Origin: Octopus bimaculoides
Lineage: Eukaryota
Direction: 5' to 3'
NCBI RefSeq assembly: GCF_001194135.2
Contig: NC_068982.1
Location: 70,214,705-70,278,704, forward strand
Length of the DNA: 64,000 bases
Part shown: positions 26,801 through 40,492 of the stretch, piece after piece
Numbering within the stretch: the stretch's first letter is position 1
Layout: every line of letters starts with the position of its first letter
Made by a program: the position numbers and the translations under genes
The notes under the pieces: model-generated
What the model was told of the DNA's origin: nothing
The model's database searches: none
The model's input: the letters and a program-made list of their open reading frames with translations, nothing else

Positions 26801-28096
26801 TGCCAGTCACAAAAATAACAAGAGTAAAGAAAGACCCTTCAACTAAGTGAAGAGAATATTTGAGAGAGGGTAGAGATAGCTTTATACCAAGGTGTTGGGA
26901 GGCTAAATATAACAGAGGGATAAGCACAGGTGTCTTGCTACTCACAAAATGAAGACAACATTAGATGTGTTCTTTAAAAAGCAACCAATAAGTGGGGGGG
27001 GGGGAACCTCAGCTTAGATCCTAATCCCAGGCATAGCTCTTTTTGTCCTATATTCTTCACACTACAGCTTTTCAACTGAATTAAGGCTGCTTAGACTTGT
27101 ATACTTTTGATTAAAGTCAATTCAAATCACTCAATAATTTTAAAATATTAGATCTCAAGTAATTAAACTAATTTTCTGATTCCTGTATAAATTTAGATTA
27201 TGATGAGTAACATCATGTCACATGTGAGGTTATCTAAAGTTCTTAAGTGTTTGGAGAGTTTGACAGTAAGGCTCTGGATTTCTCAGCCATTTGGCAATGT
27301 TTATCGTCTTCATTTGTGTCTGCATCACTGTTAAAAATAGCCTATCAATCTTATATCTCTATGCTATGTTACTATGTATCTATATTTAAGATACATCCTC
27401 CAGTGTTGTACCATTTAGCACTGCATTTAAAAAAATATATCTATAGTGCTACCAAGGTATTACTGTATTCAGGGAGTTTGGAATGAAAATATAACTGCTG
27501 ACAATTGTGGATGATGCAACATGGACAGCTCTGACCAAGTTTATAAAACCATATTTACAACAGGTATAGCTGTGTGGTTAAGAAGTTTGCTTCCCCACTA
27601 CATGGTTTTGTGTTCAGGCTCACCTTGGACAAGTATCTTCTACTATAGCCCAGGATCAACGAAAGCCTTGTAAGTAAATTTGGTAGATGGAAACTAAAAA
27701 AATCCAGTCATATGTGTCTGTGTGTGTAAGTTCACTCTTAGTGCTACTGGTAACCTGTAACCCAGTTATAACCTGTTGCATGGCTGGGCTATCAGTGACT
27801 AAGTCAGCAACTCTACCAAGCCTGCTTGGTAAGGAGGGTGGATTTTATTGGACACCTAGCAGAACGAAAAACAAAGCTGTCAAGGGTCAGATGAACGCAG
27901 TAGAGAGACCCCTAGTCTTTGTTTAGACATCACTTTAAGAGAGGGAAAGTACAAAATAACAGCTGCTCCATTGTAAAGCCAGAGATCTTTTCAAACTACT
28001 AGGCTCTGTGGATGAGAGTTTTAGCAGTGTTGTACAAGCTGTTATTGACTTTAAATTTCAGTATGGGAATTGCTGACAGCCATTGTCTTTAATATC

Positions 28097-28652
28097 TTAG
28101 GGACATCCTAATTAAGAAATTTGATGAGAGGGAGAAGGAGCTACAAACTTGTGACATAGAGGGCAACTGGAAATTCCTGTGAGACAGCTTCCTGGGTGCC
28201 ACAGACTGGTGCAAAGTCCCTTCCAGACCTAGGGTAATGTGGTAGTGGAACAATACTGTAAACAAGGCCATTAGAGCAAAGAAACAGGCTTCGAAGGCTT
28301 GGACGAGTGGGAGCAGTAGGGAACTGTATTAGATAGCCATAAGGGAAGCTAGGAGACAGGTATATCTAGCCAAGCAAGAAGCAGAAAAGAAGAAGTTTGC
28401 CTATGTTCAGCATCATGAGAATCAAAGAACTGAAGTATTTCAGATTGCAAAACAGTGTGTGAGAGAAAATTGTGATGCCATAGGAGAGAGATGGACGATG
28501 ATGGTGCACTTGCTTTTAATGAGTCTGCAAAGAAAGAGGCTTGGAGATGCCATTATAAAAGACAGCTGAATGTGGAGAATGAATGGGAGGAGGAAAATCT
28601 GCCAAATGTTGACTCAATTAAGGGAACAGCTACCCAAATTGACAGTACCCTG
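28097..28652 (+). mobile_element. Degenerate RTE LINE fragment (linker between EN and RT)
   Basis: ..W*WNNTVNKAIRAKKQASKAW..ARRQVYLAK..EVFQIAKQ..KKEAWRCHYKRQLNVENEW. Contains stops and a frameshift. Confidence 0.8.
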
Positions 28653-28731
28653 CTTGAGAGGATCTGTCAAACCAAGGGCACCCGTGCTGGTGGTACATAA
28701 AAAATATCTTTTGAACGTTGAGCCTCACAGA

Positions 28732-28825
28732 GGCAAAGTGGCTGGGTTCCATTGAAGTGTTGGCAAAGTGGCTGGGTTCCATTGAAGTGTTGGCAGTGGA
28801 GTGGCTAAGTTCCTTTCAAGTGTTG
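28732..28825 (+). repeat. 30-bp tandem repeat (2 perfect units plus 1 degenerate)
   Basis: GGCAAAGTGGCTGGGTTCCATTGAAGTGTT twice. Confidence 0.85.
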
Positions 28826-29222
28826 GGCCTCATGGAAGCAATAACCAAGACCCTTGGCATTGTGTCATGCTTGAGAAGAAGACTCATCGTGCAAAGCAAA
28901 ATCACAGTCATGGCAGATACCAGTGTCACGCAAACTGGTACCTGTACTGGTGGCTCGTAAACACACCCTGGTGTCATGTAAAAGCACCTGTTACACTCAG
29001 AGTGGTTAGTGTTAGGAAGGGCATCCAACCATAGAAAACCATACCAAATCAGACTGGAGTCTGGTGCAGCCTTCTAGCTTGCCAGCCCAGTCATACCATC
29101 CAACCCATGCCAGCACCGACAACAGACGTTAAATGATAATGAAGATAAGATAATTTGTTAGTGATGATTATATTTGGCTAGGAGTTGATAGCCACTGCAA
29201 GTCTGTACATGTGTGGGTGCAC

Positions 29223-29260
<38 letters not shown>

Positions 29261-29619
29261 GCGTGTGTGTGTGTGTGATCTTCATTTGGCCTAAAAACTT
29301 GTATATTGTATATTCTTCAATTATATGAATTCCTAGCATTGGATTTATAAAATAAAAACGGGCATAGCATTAATTATTTATGAATTAATCATGTGTATGC
29401 TGTGATTCCATTCAAGTAATGCACAAAATTTATATTCCAAAAATTAGACATACAAGAGGAAAAGATGAAAAGCAAACTTAGAATTAGTGTTCAAAACACA
29501 TTCTGGAAGAATCAATTTTATCTCTGACAGGGGGAAAAAAATTATTTTGATTATCAATGATATGGAAAAAAAAATGGAAACAATCAAAATTTCATTGAAT
29601 AATAGGAGTATATTAACGA

Positions 29620-30080
29620 AATCGAACTAAATTCAACGACTGGTACCCATGCCAACGTCGTCTCCTTCATTGGACACGAAACTCAGCTTGCGAAGACTTA
29701 TTGGGGCAAGCGAAAGCGAAATCTGGATAGCACCTGTGCCCAGCGTTGCCTTTCTGGCATTTGTGCCCGTGGCATGTGTAAGGATTTTCGAGCGAGACCG
29801 TTGCCAGTGCACCGGGACTGGCTCTTGTGTGGGTGGCACATAAAATACACCATTTTGAGCATGGCCATTGCCAGTACCACCTGACTGGCCTTCGTGCGGG
29901 TGACACGTAAAAGCACCCACTACACTCTCTGAGTGGTTGGCGTTAGGAAGGGCATCCAGCTGTAGAAACTCTGCCAAATCAGATTGGAGCCTGGTGTAGC
30001 CATCTGGTTTCACCAGTCCTCAGTCAAATTGTCCAACCCATGCTAGCATGGAAAGCGGACGTTAAACGATGATGATGATT
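29620..30080 (+). mobile_element. Composite SINE family C with tandem hairpin modules and an RTE-like (GAT)n tail
   Basis: AGGAAGGGCATCCAGCTGTAGAAAC..CCAACCCATGCTAGCATGGAAAGCGGACGTTAAACGATGATG. Close copies at ~15030-15333, 28955-29140, 47788-47982 (+); older ones at 19490-19745, 59268-59405 (-). Confidence 0.8.
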
Positions 30081-30960
30081 CTTTTGCCTGCCAACAATAG
30101 CACTTTTCCTCGGGATCCTTGAATATTTTCTATCTTATATTTGATAACGGGATGATTTCCCGAAATATAATAGAAGCATTAAACAACTTATATAGGTTGA
30201 TACAATATCTCATCTTTATTTATTGTTAACTACTCACCTACTTTAACTTCTAGCCTGTACTGCTTAACCCTTCCAGTACTAAACAACTCAAGATCACTCT
30301 TAGGTCTATGATAGAAACTTCCTGTTTAAAAGTGATCTATATTAAAACCTTCCATCAAAATTTCATGTTACTTTATATCCTAGACACTAGCTTAATAATG
30401 ACAAAGTTATCTTACAAAATTTTTAATTATTTTCCAAATTAATTTAAATAAAAACAGTTTATCTCCACAGAAATATAGTAACAAAAGGGATAAAGTCTTT
30501 TTTTTTAAAAAAAACTAACATATCTTTATAAACTAGAGTTTAAACTTCGAAATTTGATACTAATGGGGGAAAAAAAAACTGTTGGTCTCCCTCTGTTGCA
30601 ATCCATAAAAGGCTGCAAACAACTCTCAGCCACATAAAAGTAAAGATGATGTAATCCTGTGCATTTCCCCCATAAAAGAATAGTCTAGTCTGAACCATTT
30701 TTTTACTATCAATATAAGGGAATACATATACATGTTATTAGCTACAATGATATATTTAAACCGCTTTATACCGAAAGGTCACTGCAGCATGATAATTCAG
30801 ATTAAATCTATATTTAGGTAAACTGATCCATCTTAATACCATTGCCAACATATCTCACACCAGCACCATCAACATGAAGTAACTTGAGATGTGGAAGAAA
30901 AAAAACAAGAAACGAGATATCAGTTTTTTTTTGTTTTGTTTTTTCCATCCTTATCCTTAC

Positions 30961-30998
<38 letters not shown>

Positions 30999-32494
30999 CA
31001 TGCATGAAATTGATTCTTAAAATCAGGAAACAACTGAAAATAATCACCATAAACGAAGAGAGTTTCATTTCTTAACATGTTGAATTACAAAAGCAATTAC
31101 TTGCTAACATTAATATAAGCTACATTTAAAAAGATAAGCTTATCGTTACTCTACAAAAGGCGATGCAATAATGATAAATCAATGCAGCAGAGCTAAGTGA
31201 ATAACATTAAGAATGGAAGTTGGTGCTCACCATCTTATAAAAGAAATATTATTAGCCATAATAAATCAAAGATACCTAAAATAACTACTAAAACTATTAA
31301 ATTTACACTTGATGATAGAGCACCATCATCGTAATAAAGTCCACTTTACCATGCTTGCATGGGCTAAACAGATGGAATTTGTTAATGTAGATTTTCTATG
31401 GCCAAATGCACTTACTGCTACTAACATTCACCTTGTTTCCAAGCAAGGTAGTATTTCAATATGGCTGAACATGTTTTCACAAAACACTAGAAACAAGGGA
31501 CAGATTATATGACAGTGATTACTTGTTTACAACTTTCATGCAATGTCAAGGCAACAAAACAAACACACACCCACAATGATGCAAACAACCACTGGTCATT
31601 AATTAGACTAGAGGAAAAAACTAATCAGTAGTTGTATGTGTTACATAAGACATGTTAAGTTTAGCTTGGAAGTGTGTGTGTGTGTGTGTTGGCATAAAGC
31701 CACCTCCCTCGATAACACACCCACACACTCAGTAGAAGGGTCTTGTCTGACAAGTTACTTGATGACCTCACAAAGTACTTGTCTCATAAAAAAAAGCACC
31801 CAGTACACACTGAAAAGTAACAGGCATTAGGAAAGACATTCAGTAATAAAAACCATGCCAAAGCAGACATTGGAGCTTGAAGCAGTCTTCTGGCTTGCTA
31901 GTTTCTGTAAAACCATCCAACCCACATCAGCATAGAGAAACAGCCATTAAACGGTGGTGCTAATGATGATATATGCATATACACATACATGCATGCAAGC
32001 ATATATGCAACAGGCTTCTTTCACTTACAAGGGTTTGATGGATCCAGGGTTATAGCAGAAGACATCTGCCCAAATGCCATGCAGTGAGACTGAAGCCCAA
32101 ACCATGTGATTCGTTATCTAATCAGTCATTTCATACTACGTAACTACTAAAAGAAAACAGTAACATAAAAAAAATTCTTTTCTCTTTGTGAAATATTGGT
32201 TTTAAATTTTAGCACAAAACCAGCAAGTTCGAGGAATGGGATAAGTCAATTACATCGACCCCCTCAAGTGCTCAACTGGTACTCATTTTATCAATCCTCA
32301 AAAGGATGAAAAGCAAAGTGGACCTCAGCAGAATTTGAACTCAGAATGTAAAGAGGGATGAAATGTTGCTAAGCATTTTGCCCAGCACGCTAATGATTCT
32401 GCCACCTCACCACCTTAACTCTTTGTGAAATATAAAAAAATTCAAATATACTACTAATTACTAATTTTTCAGACAAAACTATTTTATCACTAAT

Positions 32495-32645
32495 TATGGT
32501 TGTGTGGTTAAAAAGCTCACCTCACAACCACATGGTTTCAGGTTCAGCCCCACTACATGGCACCTAGGGCAAATGTCTTCTACAACAGGCTCAAGCTAAC
32601 CAACACCTTATGAGTGAATTTGGTAGACGGAAACTGTGTGGAAGT

Positions 32646-32694
<49 letters not shown>

Positions 32695-32905
32695 GTGTGT
32701 GTGTGTGTGTGCGCGCGTACATATGTGAGTGCTTTTGTCCCCACTGCCACTTGACAATTGGTGTTGCTGTCCCTGTAACTTCGTAATTCAGTGAAGAGAC
32801 CAACAGAATTGTCCCAGACTTTGAAAGAAAAAAATACAGCTCTTCAAAATGATGCTCCAATGTGGATGCAGTCCAGTGACTGACATAAGTAATGGATAAA
32901 AGGTA
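32495..32905 (+). mobile_element. SINE family A
   Basis: Head, CORE-like segment, internal microsatellite and tail are recognisable. Confidence 0.75.
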
Positions 32906-33802
32906 AAAGATCTTATTGGGTTTGCTAGTCCAGATAATACAGAGGAAAGGGTGCAAAAAAGGAAATCACTTACCAAAATTCAGACAGAAAATGAAATAAA
33001 GAGGAAATGCAGCCATTAAAACTGTATCTTGTGGTCACTGTACATTAAGTAATTGAGAAAAAAGCTCCAGTAGTTGCAAATAATAGCAACCAAGGCTCAT
33101 AAAAACCGTTTCCACAAGAATCCCATGTAAACATAACACTTAATAAGGAGAGTATCCCCCCGCCCCACACACACTGTACAATTACCGCTTGCCACTACAG
33201 CCACAGAGAGGAGAAGGAAGAAGATGAAGGCTGGCAGGCTTACTAGCAAGTTGAAATGTTCTGCACATCTGTGCCAAGTTTCATCTCTCAGCCCATTTCA
33301 ACAGTGATGAAATATGATGTAAAGTGGTTATTTAGTAAACATCTTAAAAACAGAATGATATCACGAACTAAACAAGTTGGCATAAGGATACTGAGGCAAC
33401 ACAATCGGTATCTCAGACTCTAAGATGGTGATGATGATAATGACAATGATTATTATTATTATTATGATTATGATTATTATTATTATTACCACATGCTGTT
33501 TCAAGGATTTGGTAAATAAAATTATTAAGAGGTGTGACTGTAAAGATAATTTATGGTTTATTGGTCTATTTCTCAGAGGCAGGAATGAGGTTATTTTTTT
33601 CAGTAAACTCAATTGAAATTCAAAAAATAAAAAATAAAAAACAGGTATACTGAAAGATTACTATGTAAAGCTACAGAGTTAAAATGTAATAAGCATTTAT
33701 TATTTAATTAGTTACTGCCTTATCTCATTAATTAGAGCGCTTAAGATTTGATGTGAAAATTTATATGAAATTGATAAGAAAAAGAAAAGAATCTTAAGGA
33801 CT

Positions 33803-34000
33803 ATGTATGTATGTATGTATCTATGTATGTATGTAATGCATGTATGTATGTAATGTATGTATGTATGTGAGAGAGTGTGCATGTGTGTGAGTTCATGTAT
33901 GTGTGAGTGAGTGTATGTAAGTGTGTGTGTGTGTGTGTGCATGTATGTATATGTATATATATGTGTGTGTGTATATATACACTGTGTGTATGTGCATGTA

Positions 34001-34045
<45 letters not shown>
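33803..34045 (+). repeat. Compound microsatellite (TATG/TG/TA)
   Basis: Direct inspection. Many shorter (CA)n, (TA)n and (AG)n tracts occur throughout the window, e.g. 13015-13135 and 46803-46863. Confidence 0.9.
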
Positions 34046-34047
<2 letters not shown>

Positions 34048-34789
34048 ATTTGATGTTCTATGTCCTAAATTTCCATTTGATGGTTTTAAGCAGTGCTTCA
34101 AAATATGTACTTTTTCTTTTCTTTTTTTGCATGAAAAAATATAAAAATAAAATATGAATTTACAATTTATTTACTTTTTCCATCATCATTAGGAATGTTT
34201 CTTACATTACAATTTTTATATATTTCATCAGTAGAGTGGAAAATACTGCATCCCCCCACTTTCTGAATAAATTATCACAAGTTACAGACTACAGACAAAA
34301 AACATTTGCATTCTGATTCACATGATACTATGCCTTTGCATAAATCTATTTGTCTCCAGGGAAAGAATTTACAAACCAAAAACAAACAAAAATTGAGAAA
34401 CTAAATAAATAAAAACAAAAAAATATAATTCAATAACTTTAAAAACTATACATAAAAAAACTATTTTGAAATTCTAAAAACTGTTGAGTAACAAACATCT
34501 GATTTTTGAATTGGTTGAAATGCAGATTGTTTTTTTATCCACAAATAAATAACTACAAAATATAAACAAAGAATTCTCTCCTCTATAGTTACTCAACCTC
34601 CAAGAAACAGCAGCTAAGTCTCTAGTGACTCACAGCCTATAATATTTGTTGACATGAAAGATACACAGGATTTTGTAGTCTCAGATACATTATTAAAAAA
34701 AAAATGATATGGTTATTGCTGGAAAAACCTTTGACTTGGAATTAACTAAAATAAAAGCAGGAAAGATTGTGATATTTATCATCACCATC

Positions 34790-35065
34790 CATCATTTTGA
34801 ATCCAGGTTTTGTCCCCGTTAACGGGGAGTAGCTGGATCTAACTCATTGCCATAGCAACTGCCCTCACACCATCTCATCATCTTGTCTGGTTTTTGGGCG
34901 TCCTCCCTTCTCAAGCCAACCTTCCCAATCTCCTCCTCCTCCATGTCCCCTCCACATTTTCCTCGGTCTACCTTGCTTTCACTGTCCATTTACCTCAAAC
35001 TTTAACACCCTCTTCAGAACATGTTCCTCATCCTTCCTCAACACATGCCCATGCCACCGCCTTTC
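34790..35065 (-). mobile_element. RTE LINE 3' end with terminal stem-loop
   Basis: RRWHGHVLRKDEEHVLKRVLKFEVNG..GRPRKMW. Perfect palindrome TCCCCGTTAACGGGGA at 34813-34828 followed by a GAT-type tail. Confidence 0.8.
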
Positions 35066-36204
35066 CTAAAAGCATTAACAGTGACTAGAATTTGGTTTTC
35101 TGTCAAACTCAATAGTTTCAAAATAAAATTTAGAATACCAACATTATATATTACATGTGTTATGCAAAAATAACAACTAAGAAATTGATTGCAGCCATTC
35201 TGAGGCACTACCTCAAGGGTTTAGTTGAATAAATAGACCCCAATACTTGGAGGGTTGGGTTAAAGTCCAGTACTTATTCTATTGATTTCTTTCACCAAAA
35301 CTGCGAATTTACAGGGATGTAAAACCCATACCAGTTGTCAGACAGTAGAGGAAGGGAACAAACAAACACATAATGTATGTGGACAGGCGTACAGACATAC
35401 CATTATTTTCAAAATACCTTGAAGTAAAGGCAACATATTTCAACAGAAATATGGTCAAAAGGGGGTTAATCAGCAGTTTTTAAATGTTCAGAATAAAAAA
35501 TTGGACCATAAACAAGAAAAGAAATTCAAACTAAAAACAAGCTTACTAGATGTTTAATCTAAGAGACAAGATGTTGTTAAAAAAAATGTATTCTTGCTAA
35601 AATAAAATTGTACTGAAAAATATATTCAATAGTGCAATGCACTATATATCCTTCTTCCTTATATATAGGCATATCATCATTGTTCCAGGCTGTCATGGGT
35701 TGGACAGTTCAAAAGGATCTGATGAGTCCAAGAACTGCATTGTGCTCCAGTGTCTGTTTGGCATGATTCTAGAGTCGGATGCCCTTCTTAACATCAACCA
35801 TTTTACAGTGTGTACTGGGTGCTTTTTTTTTTTTTTTTTTTCATACTTTCAGCACTAGTGAAGTTACCATGCATCTTGCAAAACTATGAACCTCAAGTGG
35901 GGGAGGTAAAACTTTATGCTAGAAGAATATAGCAAGAAGAATACAGGAGGAAAGGAGCAAAGCAGGTTTTTTGCTTAAGAACTATATGACTGCTCATGTT
36001 TTAGAAGAGAGATTAAAGGGTGGAGCTGAAAATTGGTGATGAGGTATCAGAGTATATTTTCAAGGTACAAGATGGGAGGAATGAATAGAACAGGGGTGCC
36101 AGAAGTGAGTGGAAGAAGTAGGGAACGTATGTTTAGTGCAGGGTAGCAGACCAATAATTCTTTTTTAAGGAAAGTGCTACAATCAAGTGAATCAACCTTA
36201 ATAC

Positions 36205-36454
36205 ACTGCTGTACTTATTTTATCAGCTCCAAAGACATCAGAGGTACCCCCTAAAAGAAAACATTTGATGGCCCGGACTAATCAGAATATTATCAATAGA
36301 TAGACTGCTGTTTTGTAAATAATGTCCGACAAGATCAATAGAAGACAAATTTTCCAAAAGTTTTCTTAAAAGGGAAAAATCAAGGTTTATATGACTTGCA
36401 TGTTTATGTTGAATTTCTCTGGTTACTAATATAAAACATATGGTGTATATCAAC
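36205..36454 (-). pseudogene. CATSPERG: Pseudo-exon D (open for 71 codons; donor uncertain)
   Basis: tttcag|G TTG.. TICFILVT..HKHAS..NLSSIDLVGHYLQNSSLSID, resembling VCSMSWYT..IKKGS..DISSNGLGTFIPDKRFQMN. Confidence 0.58.
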
Positions 36455-38149
36455 CTGAAACAACATCATCCAAAATATCCACTTTGATTTCTCACGTTAA
36501 AAATATCAAATTTCTTTAGATATAACTGTCAAAGCCAACTTAAATTATGTAGTAATATTCAGTGAACAAGTCATTAAATAGTTTTAGTGAAATCTTTTCC
36601 TCCATTGTTAGTTTCTCTCAGTCCCCCACTCCCATGCTCTCTCTCTCTCTCATCCTTTCCTTTCTTCCCTCCTCTCTCTCTCTCTTTCCCTCCATGTTGG
36701 GACCAAAGTGGAATATACTGCACTGGGAGAAGTGTTGTAAAGTTGTTTCCTTACATTGGCACAAGGCCAAAAGCTTTGTCAGTGGGGAAAGAGCAGTATA
36801 GTCGATTAATTCTGATCCCAGTACACGCCTGGTACTAATTAACATCGGTAAGATAAAAAGCTAAGTCTTTCCCAGCAGGATTAGAACTCCCAACATAAAG
36901 GAATGTAACTAAACACTTCAAGGCATTCAGTCTGGCACCACCATTTCTGTCACTCCACTGTCTTTTGGAGAACGATAACGATGATGAAACACAACTGATA
37001 AACAGAATCACCTTGCAAAGCATTTCCCCATTTTTTTTTTCTTTTTATTTGTAATCAGAATTCTCCATCAATGTGTGGTAGTTCTACCTAAAAAAAAAAA
37101 AAACTGTTACAATTACTAAACAAAAACAGGTGCCAACTAATCTCATTGGGATTTTTCCTCTTGCTATGATATTAAACTCCTATCATCATCATTATCATTT
37201 AATGTCCTATTTCCAAGCTGACATGGTTTGATAGAATGTGATGAGTTAGAGAACAAGGTCATACACCAGTGTCTACTTTGACATGATTTTTACAGCTAGA
37301 GGACTTTTTCTTCTTTTTTTTTTTTTTTTTGCATAATCAGATAATCAGAATAGTCCATTATTATTTAATGTCTGGCTTCCATGCTGACAGGAGTTGGACA
37401 GTTTGACTCTCATACACCAATGTCTACTATGGCATGGTTTCTACAGATAGATGCTATTCCTAATATCAACCACTTTGTTTGTTTTTTTCTTTTTGTTTTG
37501 CTTTATTTGTTTTTTGTGGCACCAGTGATGATTGCCTCATAACTTGCAGAGCTACTCCTATAACAGAAGACAGAGCAGGCAAAAATTCTTGGATAGTAAG
37601 TAGGAGATGGGAGAATATGGCAGGGAACAGGGGAAAGAGAAGGGATTATTGACAGGACTGGAGAAAATGAAGGGGAAGGAAATTTAAAGTCTCTACACAA
37701 GTACAACTCTGAAATTTAGTTCTGTCTTTCTAAGTTTTAACTTCATGGTTCATCATGTATACTCACATTTCATCTAGTTTCATCCATTTAAAGCCAATGG
37801 AATAAATACCAGTAATATACTAAATCTATTTAATCAACTTTTATCTCAACCCTAGAAACCAATTTTTATCTCAACCACTAAGAAACCAATATTTTAACAA
37901 AAATTTGACATTTTTCTTCAGAAGTAATTTCCATAAATCTAAATATTTAGCTCAGAAAAAAAATATCATAATGCTTATTCTTTTCATTTTGTCACTTTTT
38001 TCATCTTATTCAACATTTTGTAAATGTTTTGTCATCATTATGATTTTTATTCATAGCCATTATTTTGTAACTATTTTATGCTAATAGGAAATAAGCTGTT
38101 GTCAAGAGTATTACAAAAGGTGCATTTTTTTTTTCTTTTATATGATTAC

Positions 38150-38412
38150 TTTAGAGAGGGAGGAACTTGCCACCTTTAGGACATATAAGAATTTGGTGTG
38201 ATAAAAGCCAGTCTTGGGTTAGGACAAAATAGCTTTTAAATTTTGTAATGTAAAAATTGCCAGCAGAAACAGCTTCAGTCAATGGTGAAATTGAAAAGTT
38301 ATTAATTATAGAGACAAGATCACTTCTGAGATTTAACTCATGAGTGAGTATGAATGATAAACCTTCAGGCAAAATATGATAAATTAAACAGTTTCTAATT
38401 TTGCATAGCTTC
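38150..38412 (-). pseudogene. CATSPERG: Pseudo-exon C, 263 nt, net phase 0-2
   Basis: caatag|..taaa|gtaatc. The phase-0 frame has QFLHYKI*KL (~NFYRWKIEQL). The open frame has SAGNFYITKF (~SPVNFYRWKI). The true frame is unresolved. Confidence 0.5.
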
Positions 38413-39658
38413 CTATTGATTAGGACACAAAGAATCGAATGGGAATGCAATTTCCAAGAAATAAATTCAACACTGATTTATATGAATACTGACTGGTCAA
38501 AATGTTTGTTCAAGAGACTTGACCAAAAAATTAATGATTTCATGTCTAAACTCTTTTTTAAATTTTACTTGAAAAGAAGCCATATTTTCATATTGAATGC
38601 TTTTGCTTCAAGCCTTGGCCCGTTTTATTTGTTTCATTTTGTCTTCAGTTTTTTTTTTTTTCTGTTGCTACTCACTCTTATTCTCACTGACTGACAAACT
38701 TTATTTTTCTTTTTCACACACAATGTGTGTGTGTGTGGGGGGGGGGTTAAGAATGGGTATAGGTAACTATATTATTTCGGCACAGTACAACACCTTGGCT
38801 GAGTGCATTCTACTAATGGATAGAAACTGAAAGAAGCCATCATATATTTCCGTGTGTGTGTATGTATGAGAGAGAGACACAGACAGACAGACAGAGAATG
38901 TATGTACCCTCAGGTCAGTGACTGAGCAAATTTATGATTCCAGCCATGACTATGCCATCCCTTTTTCAGGCATTGTGCACCAATGAGTATAATATTCAAT
39001 GAGTATTAGCTTTTTCGAGACTGTAGATTGTAATCTGAAAGAGATTTGGCTACTATTTCTAGTAAGTCATGCAATCCCATTGAGGCTTCTTTGCAATACC
39101 ATTATGTAACATCAACTTTGCAGATAATGCTTTATTCACAACAAAAACTATCCAAGAATACACTAATGAAATCTATTTTCATGTAAAATTTCAAAACTCT
39201 AAAAGAAATGCCAACTGTACTTAATCTATGCCCCTTTCACCAGATGGTGTTATGTTTTCTTACATCCCTCTCCAAGTTTTGTTTAAAAAAAGACAAAAAA
39301 AAACCCACATTTTAATCAAACAGAAGAAACTTTGTGCAAGGGTTTATCATCTACATCTTCTTATACTATATCAGCCAATAATTTAGATATTTGCAAAGGC
39401 AAGTAGCTCTTCTGTTAAATCATCTATGGAAATTGCAAAAGAAACCAAGGGCTTTTATAATGAAAATATACTGAACCTTGACTCATTAGTTGTGTTTTCT
39501 GCTCACTAACAAAATGTCTTACAAAACCTAACAAAGATTTTTTTCTGAAAATGTGTTTAACCCTTTTGAGAGCAACCCTCCTGTAACTACCTTTGTTCCC
39601 ATGATATGAGTTTCTAGCTTTAAAGCAATCTAAATCAAAACCTGCCATCAAACTTGCA

Positions 39659-40053
39659 TATAGGCGCAAGAGTGGCTGTGTGGTAAGTAGCTTGCTTACC
39701 AACCACATGGTTCCGGGTTTAGTCCCACTGCGTAGCACCTTGGGCAAGTGTCTTCTACCATAGCCTCGGGCCGACCAAAGCCTTGTGAGTGGATTTGGTA
39801 GATGGAAACTGAAAGAAGCCCGTCGTATATATGTATATATATGTGCGTGTGTGTGTTTGTCCCCCTAGCATTGCTTGACAACCGATGCTGGTGTGTTTAC
39901 GTCCCCGTCACTTAGCGGTTCGGCAAAAGAGACCGATAGAATAAGTACTGGGTTTACAAAGAATAAGTCCTGGGGTTGATTTGCTCAACTAAAGGCAGTG
40001 CTCCAGCATGGCCGCATTCAAATGACTGAAACAAGTAAAAGAGTAAAAGAGTA
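39659..40053 (+). mobile_element. SINE family A, young full-length copy
   Basis: End-to-end similarity to 92-487. Confidence 0.85.
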
Positions 40054-40492
40054 TATCAATTCATGTTCAGATACCAGGTTAATAATGACAGTCATTTTAC
40101 TAATTTCTAGTTCTATGCTGAAACAAAGGCAGCATATTTCAGCAGAAATATGGTAACAAAAGGGTCCAAATATAATTATTGTACATGGTTAACCCTTTTC
40201 TTAGCATATTTGTTGAAACCTTGTCTCAAATAATTTTGAAAACAATGAAGAATTTAATAAAATAACTGTCATTATTAAACTGATGCTTGTAACATGAAAT
40301 TTTGATGGAAGGTTTTAATGCAGATCTCTTTAACACAGGTAGTTTGTATTTTAGACTCAGGTGAGTTGGTATTAAAAGGACAAAATATATTTTTCGTGAT
40401 AAAAATAACAAACTCCTCTGAACATTCAGCACTCTCCATAGGACACCTTGATATTTGCTGCCCTCTTGTAACATCACACAATGCCACCAATG

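Noticed and set aside
28732-28825. Repeat array resembling CRISPR
   Set aside because: Contiguous 30-bp tandem units without spacers, in a eukaryotic retroelement context.
33180-33420. GC-richer exon-like segment on the minus strand after a (CAT/AAT)n tract
   Set aside because: Multiple stops, no recognisable homology and a weak acceptor; cannot be supported.
38151-38450. 99-aa ORF as an independent intact gene
   Set aside because: Coincides with pseudo-exon C; no independent gene context.
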